The translations under genes and the position numbers were made by a program. DNA of 63,418 nucleotides, filler included. It is 7 parts of 7 records of this genome, joined end to end, with 100 filler letters (N's around TTAATTAATTAA, not from the genome) between each part and the next. Parts side by side here need not be neighbours in the genome. Positions count along the whole stretch, not along the records: positions 30,466 to 40,806 come from DRR723986_16058; positions 40,907 to 51,110 come from DRR723986_16059; 5 more parts are not named here. One strand, given 5' to 3'. Shown here one piece after another: positions 30,784 through 41,052 of this stretch (within the stretch, counting starts at the first letter, position 1; each line of letters opens with the position of its first letter). The notes under the pieces were generated by a model. The model searched no databases. It was not told where the DNA came from and saw only the letters and a program-made list of their open reading frames with translations.

Positions 30784-30867
30784 GAGGGAGACCCCTCCTT
30801 CTGTCTGTCTCGGGTACGTCTCCAAGGTAGGCGGAGCGGACCGGCTTCTCAATCGCGGCGGGTCAAA

Positions 30868-30915
30868 GCACGAGAGCCCCCGTGGGCGCAACGCGCTGAC
30901 GGAGGGCGATCCCGG
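30868..30915 (-). ncRNA. Probable alphaproteobacterial ffh leader RNA motif
   Basis: Minus strand GGGATCGCCCTCCGTCAGCGCGTTGCGCCCACGGGGGCTCTC, about 90-130 nt upstream of ffh. It resembles my recollection of the conserved ffh 5'-UTR motif; not verified by a covariance search. Confidence 0.5.
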
Positions 30916-31148
30916 GCAATGCCCATGGGACCGGAAGGCAGGAACGCTTCCGGGGTTGTGTGCCCGTGTGGACGAAACCGGGCGCGGAGTCAAGGCCGGG
31001 TCGGTCGGGGGGCGCGCGGTCGCCCCGGCGGGCTGGTCTAGGCGGGGGCTGACCCTGCTGCGTCAATGCGTCAACTCCACCCCGGGCGGCGCGCCGTGCC
31101 AAAAGGCGGCACTTCCCTGCCAAATCATTCGAACAGCGTCGGACGACC

Positions 31149-31592
31149 ATGCCCGCCAGTTACAAGATCGTGCCGCATCTGAACCTCTACCTCGTCGAGT
31201 TTCGAGGCGACATCACGGTCGATCAGAACATGGAGGTCTACAGGGCCTACCGCGCCGATCCGCTGTATGATGGCGGTCAGCATCTCTTGCTGGATACGGA
31301 GGGCTGTCGGTTCCCCGACAACTTCTTCGCCGAGGTCCAGCGCATCGCGATGCGCATGACGCCCTACAGCGTGTCGCGCGACCCACGTGCGCGCACCTCC
31401 ATCTATGCGCCGGAAAAGGTGCCCTACGGGATCTGTCGGCTGTACCGGGATGCGGTGAAGGAGCATATCAGCTACCAGCTCGATGTGTTCCGCGATCCGG
31501 TGAAGGCGCTGGAATTCCTCGATCTGGATGTGCGCAAACCCGATGTGCGCAGTCTGCTGCTGACCGGGCGGACGGGGTACGGGGCGCTCTGA
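31149..31592 (+). CDS. Hypothetical protein (147 aa; weakly STAS/SpoIIAA-like alpha/beta pattern)
   Basis: RBS-like GGAC upstream, high-GC3 codon usage, globular composition. The fold is a guess. Confidence 0.65.
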   Translation: MPASYKIVPHLNLYLVEFRGDITVDQNMEVYRAYRADPLYDGGQHLLLDTEGCRFPDNFFAEVQRIAMRMTPYSVSRDPRARTSIYAPEKVPYGICRLYRDAVKEHISYQLDVFRDPVKALEFLDLDVRKPDVRSLLLTGRTGYGAL

Positions 31593-31677
31593 CGCCGCCG
31601 CGCCCGGTGCGACTGGGCGGTGGCCGATCGCGGTAAGGGGGGCGCGCCGCGATCCTGTCGCGACACGCCCGGACGGA

Positions 31678-32259
31678 TCAGGCGGCCAGACCGTCGAGAT
31701 CGGTCTCGGCGCGGGCCGAAGAGGCCGCTGCATCCACCATCTGGCGATCGGAGCGCACGACCTGCACATCGGTGATGCCGATGAACCCCAGCACCTGCCG
31801 CAGGTAGGGCGTGGCGAAGTCGACGGGGCTGTCGACCTCGGTCCCACCCGAGGCCACGGCGAGGATGGCGCGCTTGCCGGACAGCAGCCCTTCGGGACCG
31901 GCTTCGGTGTAGCGGAAGGTGACGCCCACGCGGGCAACCATGTCGATCCATGCCTTCAGGGCCGAGGGCACGCCGAAGTTGTAGATCGGGACACCGATCA
32001 CCAGCGTGTCGGCGGCCTTGATCTCCGCGACCAGTTCGTCTGACAGCGCAAGGGTCGCCCGGTGGTCGTCGGCGCGCTCGGCCTCGGGGGTGTAGTTGGC
32101 GGCGATCCAGCCCGAGTCGATCAGCGGCAGGCCGCCGGCGAGGTCGCGGGTGATGGTCCGCGCGGGCGCCAGCTTTTCGATGATCCGGTCGGTCAGGGCG
32201 CGGCTGGTCGAACCTTCGGTGCGGGCGGATGCGTCTATGCGCAGCAGGGTCTCTGTCAT
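31678..32259 (-). CDS. azoR: FMN-dependent NADH-azoreductase
   Basis: LLRIDASAR...SRAL, PIYNFGVPSALKAWID and VGVTFRYTEAGPEGLL motifs. Confidence 0.9.
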   Translation of the reverse strand: MTETLLRIDASARTEGSTSRALTDRIIEKLAPARTITRDLAGGLPLIDSGWIAANYTPEAERADDHRATLALSDELVAEIKAADTLVIGVPIYNFGVPSALKAWIDMVARVGVTFRYTEAGPEGLLSGKRAILAVASGGTEVDSPVDFATPYLRQVLGFIGITDVQVVRSDRQMVDAAASSARAETDLDGLAA

Positions 32260-32368
32260 GGTGTCCTCATTCCGGGAGTATGCGTCTGCGGCAGAGATTG
32301 CCTCTTGCACCCGTGAACGCAATTCGCGCAAATGCATCCTATATGTTTATCCTTGCACAGGTGATCAC

Positions 32369-33250
32369 ATGGACAACTGGGACGAAGTGCGCACGGCCTA
32401 TCAGGTGGCCCGGCTGGGCACCGTCAGCGGCGCGGCAGAGGTGCTGGGTGTGCACCATGCCACGGTGATCCGTCACATCGACGCGCTCGAGGGGCGTCTT
32501 GGGGTGAAGCTCTTCCAGCGCCATGCGCGCGGCTACACGGCGACCGAGGCGGGCACCGACCTGCTGCGCGTCGCCCAGACCACCGACGATCAGTTGCAGC
32601 AACTCGAAGGCCGCATTCGCGGGCGCGGCTCGGACGTGTCGGGGGACCTCGTGGTGACGTCGCTGGTCTCTTTCGCGCCGCTTCTGGTGCCGGCGCTGAC
32701 CTCCTTCCGCGAGGCCTATCCGGATGTCACGGTGCGCCTCCTGACCGGCGAGCGCGTGTTCCGGCTGGAATACGGCGAGGCGCATGTGGCCCTGCGCGCC
32801 GGCAAGGCGCCGGAAGAGCCGGACAACGTGGTGCAGCGTTTCAAGGCGCAGCAGGTCGGGCTTTACGCGACGAAGGGCTACATCGCCCGCATGGGGCGGC
32901 CCGAGACCGAAGAGGATCTCCCCCGGCACGAATTTGTGTCCCATGACAATGCCGACAGCCGGGCGCCCTTCCTGCGCTGGCTGGCGGAAAAGGTGCCGCG
33001 CGACCGCATGGTCTTTCGCAGCAGCGATCCGAGGGTCATGGACATGGCGGTTCTGGCGGGTGCGGGCATCGGCTTTCTGGGGATGCGCGACGCGGCGCTC
33101 TATCCGGATCTCGAGCTCATCATGGGGCCGAACGACGCGTGGGAGGCGAACCTCTGGCTGGTCACGCATGTCGACCTGCACCGCACCGCCAAGGTGCAGG
33201 CCTTCCTGAAGCATCTCAAGGCCTTCGCGGAAGAGTCCTGTCTGGCATGA
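32369..33250 (+). CDS. LysR-family transcriptional regulator
   Basis: HTH GTVSGAAEVLGVHHATVIRHIDALE...KLFQR; divergent from azoR. Confidence 0.92.
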   Translation: MDNWDEVRTAYQVARLGTVSGAAEVLGVHHATVIRHIDALEGRLGVKLFQRHARGYTATEAGTDLLRVAQTTDDQLQQLEGRIRGRGSDVSGDLVVTSLVSFAPLLVPALTSFREAYPDVTVRLLTGERVFRLEYGEAHVALRAGKAPEEPDNVVQRFKAQQVGLYATKGYIARMGRPETEEDLPRHEFVSHDNADSRAPFLRWLAEKVPRDRMVFRSSDPRVMDMAVLAGAGIGFLGMRDAALYPDLELIMGPNDAWEANLWLVTHVDLHRTAKVQAFLKHLKAFAEESCLA

Positions 33251-34137
33251 CGGAGGCGCAGCGGGGCCATGCCGCGATGCTGTGCTTCTCGGCGCTGGTG
33301 GCGGGGTCGTTCAGCCTTGGCAGCACGGTCGGGCCGTTCATCGAACCCGCAGTCCTGAACACGGTCCGCTTCGGTCTGGCGGCGGTCCTGCTGTGGGTCA
33401 TGGCCCTTGCCACCGGAAGCGTGACGCGCAGCGCGCTGGCGGCGCCGTGGCGGTACTTTGCCCTCGCGGGTCTTTTCGCCTTCTACTTCGTGACCATGTT
33501 CGAGGGCCTGAAGACGGCGGAGCCGATCAGCATGGCGGCGGTCTTCACGCTGAACCCGGCGCTGACGGCGGTCTTTGGCTACCTGCTGCTGCGGCAGGTG
33601 ACGACGGCGCGGATGGCGCTGGCCATCGCCGTGGGCGGGTTCGGGGCGCTTTGGGTGATCTTCCGCGCCGACATCCGCGTGCTGCTGGCCTTCGAGGTCG
33701 GGCGCGGCGAGGCGATCTATTTCTGGGGCTGCATCGCCCATGCGCTGTATTCGCCGCTGTTGCGCCGGCTCAGTCGCGGAGAGCCGGCGCTTGCCTTCAA
33801 CGCGGGCATCCTGACGGCGGGTACGGTGATCCTCTGCCTTTGGGCCGGTCCGCGCGTGCTGGCGACGGACTGGGCCGCGATGCCGCCGGTGGTCTGGGTG
33901 ACGATCCTCTACGTCACGCTCTTCGCGACGGCGCTGACCTTCATGATCCTGGGCTATGCGACGCTGCGCCTGCCCTCGGCCAAGGTCATGGCCTATACCT
34001 ATATCGTGCCGTCATGGGTGATCCTGTGGGAGCTGGCGTTGGGGCGGGGCGTGCCCTCGGCCTTGGTGCTGCCGGGGATCGGGCTGACGGCCCTGTCGCT
34101 GGTGCTGCTGCTGAAGGATGAAGAAACCCCGGCCTGA
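33247..34137 (+). CDS. DMT/EamA-family transporter
   Basis: About ten TM segments in two repeats; ATGA overlap with the LysR gene. Confidence 0.85.
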   Translation: MTEAQRGHAAMLCFSALVAGSFSLGSTVGPFIEPAVLNTVRFGLAAVLLWVMALATGSVTRSALAAPWRYFALAGLFAFYFVTMFEGLKTAEPISMAAVFTLNPALTAVFGYLLLRQVTTARMALAIAVGGFGALWVIFRADIRVLLAFEVGRGEAIYFWGCIAHALYSPLLRRLSRGEPALAFNAGILTAGTVILCLWAGPRVLATDWAAMPPVVWVTILYVTLFATALTFMILGYATLRLPSAKVMAYTYIVPSWVILWELALGRGVPSALVLPGIGLTALSLVLLLKDEETPA

Positions 34138-34200
34138 CCCCCGGAACGAAGCGGCCCCGTCCAGCGTTGGCCCCGCACAAATGGAACGGGAGACAGCACC

Positions 34201-34278
34201 ATGGTGCGCAATATCATCTATATCATCGGTCTGGTCGTGGTCGTCGTGGCGGTGATCCGCCTTGCGGGCCTCGCCTGA
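34201..34278 (+). CDS. Small single-TM protein (25 aa)
   Basis: MVRNIIYIIGLVVVVVAVIRLAGLA*; RBS GGGAGA upstream; below the ORF-track size cutoff. Confidence 0.65.
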   Translation: MVRNIIYIIGLVVVVVAVIRLAGLA

Positions 34279-34287
34279 GCGAAAGCG

Positions 34288-35142
34288 TTACCGGGTCACG
34301 GCGGCGAAGATCTCCGACAGGGGGGCATGCGCGGCAAGGCCCTGCGGCGACAGCCAGACGGAATGCCGGGGATAGCTCAGCCTTGCGCCCGTCAGGAGCG
34401 GCAGGGTAAAGGGCTGCACGCCGCGCGTCAGGGCGCTGGAACGGCGCAGGATTCGCCGGTCGTCGAGGTAGACCTCGACGCGCATCACCCCGGACAGGCC
34501 GGCCGCTGCCAAGGGCGTGCCATCCGGTCGCATGATGCTTCGAACGACGGTCAGGCGCGGAGCGGCATCCACCGTGGGCGCCGTAACCATGCACCCCCCG
34601 GCTGCCATGCATCCGGGGGTGTCGCTGTCCAGACGGGCGGACAGGCCCTCGGGCGGCTGACCAAAGGGCGGAACGAGGATCACCTCATCCAGAAGCCCCC
34701 CCGACAACAGATCGAGACAATCCGCAGGGCAGGTGACGCCGCGTGCGTAGACCTCGCCGTTGCGGTAATCCGCCAGCCGGACCCGGCGCGGAGCGGCAAT
34801 GACCTCGGTCGGGCCAAAGTCGGAGGCGAAGACCGGCGCCAAGGCCCGCATGTGCTGCCCGCGATCCCACGCGGGATAGCCGAGAGACAGGGCCGCCAGT
34901 CCGGCAGCGGACAGGCTGAGACCGGCGACGAGAGAGACCCCGCCGGTCACGCGATAGATCGCCCAGCCCAGAATGGCGCAGAGGACCAGCATCACACCGG
35001 CCAGAAGGAACAGGATGATCAGCGACCCGGGGGCGTGGGCGACCGCAAGCGCAAGCCATTGGCTTCCCGCGCGGGTCATCAGCGCCAGCACCGGCAGGAA
35101 GGCCAGAAAGGCCAGAATGTCACCCAATCGTGTCAGCCGCAT
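34288..35142 (-). CDS. Hypothetical membrane protein (three N-terminal TM segments + soluble domain)
   Basis: Likely real start MRLTRLGDIL at 35142 (RBS AAGGGAG), inside the artefactual 911-aa ORF; contains a CPADC motif. Confidence 0.65.
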   Translation of the reverse strand: MRLTRLGDILAFLAFLPVLALMTRAGSQWLALAVAHAPGSLIILFLLAGVMLVLCAILGWAIYRVTGGVSLVAGLSLSAAGLAALSLGYPAWDRGQHMRALAPVFASDFGPTEVIAAPRRVRLADYRNGEVYARGVTCPADCLDLLSGGLLDEVILVPPFGQPPEGLSARLDSDTPGCMAAGGCMVTAPTVDAAPRLTVVRSIMRPDGTPLAAAGLSGVMRVEVYLDDRRILRRSSALTRGVQPFTLPLLTGARLSYPRHSVWLSPQGLAAHAPLSEIFAAVTR

Positions 35143-35186
35143 CGCCGCTCCCTTCACCGCGCCGGGTGTGGCAGGCGAAAATGGCA

Positions 35187-35516
35187 TCAATCGGGCTGTC
35201 GGAGTTCGTTTTCCAGAAATCGCTCGAAGCCGTCGAGGTCGAGGGGATCGACCTGCCCGAAGGCCCGCATCCAGATCGCCGCCTCGCGCAGGGCCTCGGG
35301 TTCCAGCTTGCACCACTTCACGCGGCCGCGCTTGTCCTGACTGATCAGGCCCGCGTTGGTCAGCACGCCGAGGTGCTTGGAGATCGCCGCCAGCGAGACG
35401 TCGAAGGGGTCGGCGACATCGGTCACCGCCATGTCGTCTTCCAGCAGCATCGTCAGGATGCGGCGGCGGGTTGGGTCCGCAAGGGCGGCGAAGACGATGT
35501 CGAGGCGGTCGCTCAT
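35187..35516 (-). CDS. ArsR-family transcriptional regulator
   Basis: FAALADPTRRRIL...SLAAISKHLGVL...KRGR. Confidence 0.9.
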   Translation of the reverse strand: MSDRLDIVFAALADPTRRRILTMLLEDDMAVTDVADPFDVSLAAISKHLGVLTNAGLISQDKRGRVKWCKLEPEALREAAIWMRAFGQVDPLDLDGFERFLENELRQPD

Positions 35517-35763
35517 GTATGCGGATTAGCGTGAAACGGCGGGTTTGCACAGGGCGCGTGACGTCCCCGCGTCCGGGCCGATGCGCCATGCTCAACTGCG
35601 GGGTTGAATATGCGCCACGCGCATCGAAACGGGCGTCGGGGCTTCCGCCACCTTTGCCCTGCCCGGATAGGTCCGAAATAAATCTATTTATGTCAACGGC
35701 TTGCGGAAATGGTCGCAGCGCGCAACACGGCGTTGACTCCGTTGCCCCCTGCGCATAGCAACC

Positions 35764-36153
35764 ATGGCAAATCTGAAGGGACCTTCCCGCGTGGCCGACC
35801 CCGATCCGAAACGGCAGTTGCAAGATCTGGATGCCCGGCTTTCGGCGCTGAAAGCGGCGCAGAAAAGCGAGAAGGCCCATCAGGAAGAGCACTATTCCCA
35901 GGCGCAGGTCGCGTGGCGGATGGTGACGGAAATGGTGGCCGGTCTCGGGATCGGCTTCGGCATCGGATACGGGCTCGACTACGCCTTCGGCACGACCCCG
36001 TTCCTCATGGTGCTGTTCACATTGCTGGGCGTCGCGGCGGGCATCAACGTGATGCTGCGGACCGCGAAAGAGGTCCAGGCGACACAGATGGCCGCGCAGG
36101 CGGCCCGGGACAAGACAGGCGGCCCCGACGGGGGCGAGCACGAGGGGAAGTGA
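35764..36153 (+). CDS. atpI: ATP synthase protein I (AtpI/AtpZ)
   Basis: AWRMVTEMVAGL...IGYGLD...FGTTP; first gene of the F0 operon. Start may instead be GTG at 35791. Confidence 0.85.
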   Translation: MANLKGPSRVADPDPKRQLQDLDARLSALKAAQKSEKAHQEEHYSQAQVAWRMVTEMVAGLGIGFGIGYGLDYAFGTTPFLMVLFTLLGVAAGINVMLRTAKEVQATQMAAQAARDKTGGPDGGEHEGK

Positions 36154-36156
36154 CAG

Positions 36157-36969
36157 ATGGCGACTGAGACGGACACCCATGCGGCCGACGTGGCCGCAGA
36201 TGTGGCCCACGCAGCGGATGCTGCGGCGGCTGACGGCGGCTCCGGTCTCGTGTTCCACCCGATGGACCAGTTCATCGTCAAGCCGCTGTTCGGCCATGGC
36301 GAAGTGGGCATGTTCACCATCACCAACGTCACCCTCTGGCTGTTCATCACCATCCTCGCGATCCTCGGCATGATGGTTCTGGGCACCTCGCGCCGCGCCA
36401 TCGTGCCGTCGCGCAGCCAGTCGGTCGCCGAACTGGCCTATGGCTTCATCCACAAGATGGTCGAAGACGTGACCGGCAAGGAGGGGTTGAAGTATTTCCC
36501 CTACATCATGACCCTGTTCATGTTCATCGTCTTCGCCAACTTCCTCGGCCTGCTGCCGATGTCCTTCACCACGACCTCGCATTTCGCCGTGACCGTGGTG
36601 CTGGCCCTGGCGGTCTTCCTGACGGTGACGATCCTCGGCTTCGCCAAGAACGGCGCGAGCTTCCTGTCGCTGTTCTGGGTGTCCTCGGCGCCGCTGGCGC
36701 TGCGGCCGGTGCTGGCGGTGATCGAAGTCATCTCGTACTTCGTGCGCCCGGTCAGCCACTCGATCCGTCTTGCCGGCAACCTGATGGCCGGACACGCCGT
36801 CATAAAGGTCTTCGCGGGCTTCGCTGCCCTCGCGGCCGTGTCGCCCTTCGCCATTCTCGCGATCACCGCGATGTACGGGCTGGAGATCCTCGTGGCCTTC
36901 ATTCAGGCCTACGTCTTCACCATCCTGACCTGCGTCTACCTGAAGGACGCGCTGCATCCGCATCACTAA
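36157..36969 (+). CDS. atpB: F0F1 ATP synthase subunit a
   Basis: [23 protein letters not shown] and [13 protein letters not shown] motifs. Confidence 0.96.
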   Translation: MATETDTHAADVAADVAHAADAAAADGGSGLVFHPMDQFIVKPLFGHGEVGMFTITNVTLWLFITILAILGMMVLGTSRRAIVPSRSQSVAELAYGFIHKMVEDVTGKEGLKYFPYIMTLFMFIVFANFLGLLPMSFTTTSHFAVTVVLALAVFLTVTILGFAKNGASFLSLFWVSSAPLALRPVLAVIEVISYFVRPVSHSIRLAGNLMAGHAVIKVFAGFAALAAVSPFAILAITAMYGLEILVAFIQAYVFTILTCVYLKDALHPHH

Positions 36970-37048
36970 GGGGCGCGGTGGGCCTGCGGTCCGCCCTGTC
37001 CGAAGAACAACCCGACTTCTCAACTTCCAATCGTAAGGAGATACCCCA

Positions 37049-37273
37049 ATGGAAGGTCAACTCGCACACATCGGCGCAGGTCTCGCAGGTCTCGGCACGG
37101 GTCTCGCCGCCCTCGGCGTGGGTAACGTCGCTGCAAACTTCCTGGCGGGCGCCCTGCGCAACCCGTCGGCCGCTGCATCGCAGACCGCGACCCTGTTCAT
37201 CGGCATCGCCTTCGCCGAAGCCCTGGGCATCTTCTCGTTCCTCGTTGCCCTGCTGCTGATGTTCGCCGTCTAA
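37049..37273 (+). CDS. atpE: F0F1 ATP synthase subunit c
   Basis: IGAGLAG...ALRNP...AFAEALGIF. Confidence 0.96.
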   Translation: MEGQLAHIGAGLAGLGTGLAALGVGNVAANFLAGALRNPSAAASQTATLFIGIAFAEALGIFSFLVALLLMFAV

Positions 37274-37371
37274 GTCAGTCCTTCCGACTGATCCTTACGC
37301 GCGGGTGGCTCGGGGCAATCCCCTGAGCCGCCCGTACGACGAATTTCGCAACCGTTCCGACGGAGGACACC

Positions 37372-37926
37372 ATGGCAACCGAAACAACCGGGGCCGAACA
37401 CGCAGCCAGCGCATGTGTCGATGCAGGCGGCTCTGCCGTCGGGATGCCGCAGCTTTGCGGCGACTGGATCGGCAACCAGGTGTTCTGGCTGATCATCACG
37501 CTGGTGGTGATCTACTTCATTCTGGCACGCATCGCGCTGCCGCGCATCGCCTCTGTTCTGGCCGAGCGTCAGGGGACGATCTCCAACGACATCGCCGCCG
37601 CCGAAGCGCTGAAGCGCAAGGCGGAAGAGGCGGAACTGGCCTATGACAAGGCCCTCGCCGACGCCCGCGCCGAAGCGCAGGGGATCGCGCAGAAGACCCG
37701 CGACGACATCAAGGCGGACCTTGCCAAGGCCATCGAGAAGGCCGACGCGGAGATCGCCGCGAAATCCGCCGAATCCGAGCAGGCGATCGCCGAGATCCGC
37801 GCAAGCGCGCTGGAGAACGTGCAGATCGTCGCCAAGGACACCGCCGCCGCCATCGTGCAGGCGCTGGGTGGACAGGCAGATCAGACCCGCATCGACGCCG
37901 CCGTCGACGCGCGGATGAAAGGCTGA
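37372..37926 (+). CDS. F0F1 ATP synthase subunit b'
   Basis: GMPQL...NQVFWL, TM segment, then an Ala-rich coiled coil. Confidence 0.9.
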   Translation: MATETTGAEHAASACVDAGGSAVGMPQLCGDWIGNQVFWLIITLVVIYFILARIALPRIASVLAERQGTISNDIAAAEALKRKAEEAELAYDKALADARAEAQGIAQKTRDDIKADLAKAIEKADAEIAAKSAESEQAIAEIRASALENVQIVAKDTAAAIVQALGGQADQTRIDAAVDARMKG

Positions 37927-37932
37927 CCCGAG

Positions 37933-38493
37933 ATGAAAAAGCTTCTTCTCCTCGCTCCCGCCGTTCTGGCCGCCGCGCCCGCTCAGGCCGCGTCCGGCCC
38001 GTTCTTCTCGCTGGGCAACACCGACTTCGTGGTGCTGATCGCCTTCATCCTGTTCCTTGCGGTGCTGGTGTACTTCAAGGTTCCGGGCATGCTGGCCAAG
38101 CTGCTGGACAAGCGTGCCACGGACATCCAGTCCGAGCTCGACGAGGCCCGGCAGCTGCGCGAAGAGGCGCAGGCCCTGCTGGCATCCTATGAGCGCAAAA
38201 GCCGCGAGACCCAGGATCAGGCCGACCGCATCGTGGCTCAGGCCAAGGCAGAGGCCGAGCAGGCCGCCGCTCAGGCCCGCGAGGACCTGAAGGTCTCGAT
38301 CGAGCGTCGCCTTCTGGCCGCCGAGTCGCAGATCGCCTCGGCCGAAGCCTCGGCCATCAAGGAAGTGCGGGACCGCGCCGCGACGGTGGCCATCGCCGCC
38401 GCCCGCGAGGTCGTGGCCGAACAGATGAGCGCGGACGACCGCAGCAGGCTGATCGACGAGTCCATCGCGACCGTGGGCGCCAAACTGCACTGA
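37933..38493 (+). CDS. atpF: F0F1 ATP synthase subunit b
   Basis: GPFFSLGNTDFVV, TM segment, LDKRA...ELDEARQLREEA. Confidence 0.9.
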   Translation: MKKLLLLAPAVLAAAPAQAASGPFFSLGNTDFVVLIAFILFLAVLVYFKVPGMLAKLLDKRATDIQSELDEARQLREEAQALLASYERKSRETQDQADRIVAQAKAEAEQAAAQAREDLKVSIERRLLAAESQIASAEASAIKEVRDRAATVAIAAAREVVAEQMSADDRSRLIDESIATVGAKLH

Positions 38494-38691
38494 CGTCTCC
38501 GTCCTGACGGACCTGCGGCCCGGCCTCGACAGAGCGCCGGGCCGTTTCCGTTCCGGGCCTCCGGGCTGGAGACATCGGGTCGGGCGCGCGGGGTGCATCG
38601 CGCCCGCGACGGGGCCTCTTGACGGCGTCGTCAGGATCATGTTGCACCGCAGAACCAACCGCAGAGACGGGGGCACAGGCAGAGGCAGGGC

Positions 38692-39501
38692 ATGGCACAT
38701 ATCATCGTCATCGGGAACGAAAAGGGCGGGGCGGGGAAGTCCACCGTCTCCATGCATATCGCGACCGCGCTTGCGCGGCTGGGCCATCGTGTCGGCGCCA
38801 TCGACCTTGACGTGCGGCAGAAGAGCCTTGCCCGCTACCTCGAGAACCGGCGCAAGCATCTCGACAGCATGGGGATCGACCTGCCCACGCCCGACTACAT
38901 GGACCTGCCCGAGATCGACGAGACCGCGCTCCCCCCGGGGGAGGACCCCGCGGACAGCCGCCTTCACGCGGCCGTGTCGGCGCTGGCGCAGTCCTCTGAT
39001 TTCGTCATCATCGACTGCCCCGGCTCTCATACCCGGCTGGCGCAGGTGGCGCATTCGCTGGCGGACACGCTGGTGACGCCGCTCAACGACAGCTTCGTCG
39101 ACTTCGATCTGCTGGCGCATATCGACAGCGACGGCGACCGCATTCTGGGCCCCTCGGTCTACTCCGAGATGGTCTGGGCGGCGCGCCAGCAGCGCGCGCA
39201 GGCGGGGATGAAAGCCATCGACTGGGTCGTCCTGCGCAACCGTCTGGGCGTGCAGCAGATGGTCAACAAGATGAAGATCGAACGCGCCATCGCAGAGCTG
39301 TCCAAGCGCATCGGTTTCCGCATCGCGCCCGGGTTTTCCGAGCGCGTTGTCTTTCGCGAACTCTTTCCGCGCGGGCTGACGCTTCTGGACCTGAAGGACG
39401 TGGGCGTGCGGCAGTTGAACATCTCGAACGTCGCCGCGCGGCAGGAACTGCGCGACCTGCTGAAGGCGCTGAACCTGCCGGGGGTCGAGGTCAAGTTCTG
39501 A
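38692..39501 (+). CDS. mipZ: Division-plane positioning ATPase MipZ (ParA-like)
   Basis: MAHIIVIGNEKGGAGKST, ADTLVTPLNDSFVDFDLL and ERVVFRELFPRGLTLLD motifs. Confidence 0.92.
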   Translation: MAHIIVIGNEKGGAGKSTVSMHIATALARLGHRVGAIDLDVRQKSLARYLENRRKHLDSMGIDLPTPDYMDLPEIDETALPPGEDPADSRLHAAVSALAQSSDFVIIDCPGSHTRLAQVAHSLADTLVTPLNDSFVDFDLLAHIDSDGDRILGPSVYSEMVWAARQQRAQAGMKAIDWVVLRNRLGVQQMVNKMKIERAIAELSKRIGFRIAPGFSERVVFRELFPRGLTLLDLKDVGVRQLNISNVAARQELRDLLKALNLPGVEVKF

Positions 39502-39725
39502 CGCGTCCCGGTCCGGCACCCGGCAGGGCGTTCCGGCGCCGCCGCTGACAGGGCTGCCTTCCCCCGAGAGCCGAGGCGGTCCTGAACGCCTGACAATGCC
39601 CCGTTGTCCGCCCGGACGATCAAGGCACGGCGGCACGCAGGAGAACCTTCACGACCAAGGCGCTGCGGCTGGCTGCGCCCACGCCCATGACCACCCCAAC
39701 GGGCAAGGCCCGGACGTGATGCCCC

Positions 39726-40271
39726 TCAGGACAGGATCTGCGCGCGGAAGCAGGCCTGCTGGACCGGGGGCACCGTGCCTGCGGGGGTCACTTCGAAGGG
39801 CTGCTGGAGCAGGACCTCTCCCTCCGAGACGATCTGGAAGAGCCACGGCCCCTCCACCCGTTCGAAGTCATGCTCGAAGGTGAAGAGGTTGATGGAGGTC
39901 TCTCCGGCGTTCATCACGGCGCCCCAGCGTTCGACGGTGATGCCCCGGTCGCCCATGGGCGGATGGGTCACGACGATATCGACCATGCCGGGGATGGCGG
40001 TGCCCGGCAGCAGGCCCGCGCGGATGCCGAAGCTGAGCCCGAGATCGGCGGGCACGCGCGGCGTGACGACGTCGATCTCGCGGTTCTGATCGACGATGTT
40101 GAGGATGCCGGAGACGGTTTCGGGCGCCTCGCGCTGACCTTCCAGTTCCACGTCGCAGATCACCCCGAAGCCCAGCAGTTGGACCGGGCTGTTGGCGAAG
40201 GCGCCCGTGGCGGTCTCTGCCGTGGCGGCAGAGCCGGAGAGGGCGAGGGCGAGAAGGGCGGCGCGGGTCAT
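39726..40271 (-). CDS. Secreted DUF3859-like protein
   Basis: Signal peptide; VPADLGLSFGI, VTHPPMG and EGPWLFQI...QQPFEV motifs. Confidence 0.7.
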   Translation of the reverse strand: MTRAALLALALSGSAATAETATGAFANSPVQLLGFGVICDVELEGQREAPETVSGILNIVDQNREIDVVTPRVPADLGLSFGIRAGLLPGTAIPGMVDIVVTHPPMGDRGITVERWGAVMNAGETSINLFTFEHDFERVEGPWLFQIVSEGEVLLQQPFEVTPAGTVPPVQQACFRAQILS

Positions 40272-40436
40272 GGCGTCTCCGGTTGGCTGACGCGGGTAGG
40301 GTAACATGGCGGGACGGGGGGCGGAACGCACGGGGTGGTGAGGGGCGCAAAGCCGCTGCCAGGCGGTTCGCCTGCGCTCTGCGCCGGGTCGCCGGGGGCT
40401 CGACGGCCCATCCCCGGAAGCCTGAGCCCGAAAGGA

Positions 40437-40468
40437 AAAGGCCCCTCCGCTGTGGCGAAGGGGCCCTT
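40437..40468 (-). terminator. Probable intrinsic terminator after pckA
   Basis: AAGGCCCCTCCGC...GCGAAGGGGCCCTT imperfect stem with a T-run on the minus strand. Confidence 0.55.
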
Positions 40469-40493
40469 GTTCGTTCCGGTTCAGGCCTCGGCC

Positions 40494-40806
40494 TCACCCG
40501 ATGGCGGCGGCCTTAACGTCGTCGTCGATATAGGGCACGTATTGGGCAAAGTTCTCGGCGAACATGCCCACCAGCTTTTGGGCCTGCGCATCATATCCCG
40601 CCTTGTCGTCCCATGTCTTGCGCGGGTCGAGCAGAAGCTCGGGCACGCCCTCGACGCTCACCGGCACCTCGAAGCCGAAGTTCGGGTCCTTGCGGAACTC
40701 TGCATCCGCCAGCGAGCCGTTCAGGGCGGCGTGCAGCAGCGCGCGGGTCGCCTTGATCGGCATCCGCGAGCCGGTCCCGTAGGCGCCGCCGGTCCAGCCG
40801 GTGTTG
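40494..40806 (-). CDS. pckA: Phosphoenolpyruvate carboxykinase (ATP), C-terminal part
   Basis: [24 protein letters not shown]...LLDPRKTW. Confidence 0.95.
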
Positions 40807-40906
40807 NNNNNNNNNNNNNNNNNNNNNNNNNNNNNNNNNNNNNNNNNNNNTTAATTAATTAANNNNNNNNNNNNNNNNNNNNNNNNNNNNNNNNNNNNNN
40901 NNNNNN
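40807..40906. other. Artificial contig linker 4
   Basis: Same linker structure. Confidence 0.98.
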
Positions 40907-41052
40907 TTTGATAGCATTTATTGCAGCAAAGGAGACTGACGATGGGACTGAAACGGACGGACGAATTCCGCCAAGATGGAGTGCGGATTGCACTGACCAG
41001 CAGGCTGACTCCTAAGCAGGTTGCTGATGATCTTGGCGTCGGGATGTCGACG
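40907..41052 (+). mobile_element. IS3-family remnant (5' part of orfA only)
   Basis: RBS AAGGAG and ATG at 40942 give MGLKRTDEFRQDGVRIALTSRLTPKQVADDLGVGMST, an IS3 OrfA-type HTH. The similarity stops abruptly at about 41052. Confidence 0.75.

Noticed and set aside
35764-38493. F0 genes without F1 genes, and two b subunits
   Set aside because: Normal organisation in Alphaproteobacteria.
34288-39636. 911-aa and 788-aa minus-strand ORFs
   Set aside because: Mostly antisense to the atp and mipZ genes; only 34288-35142 looks like a real gene.
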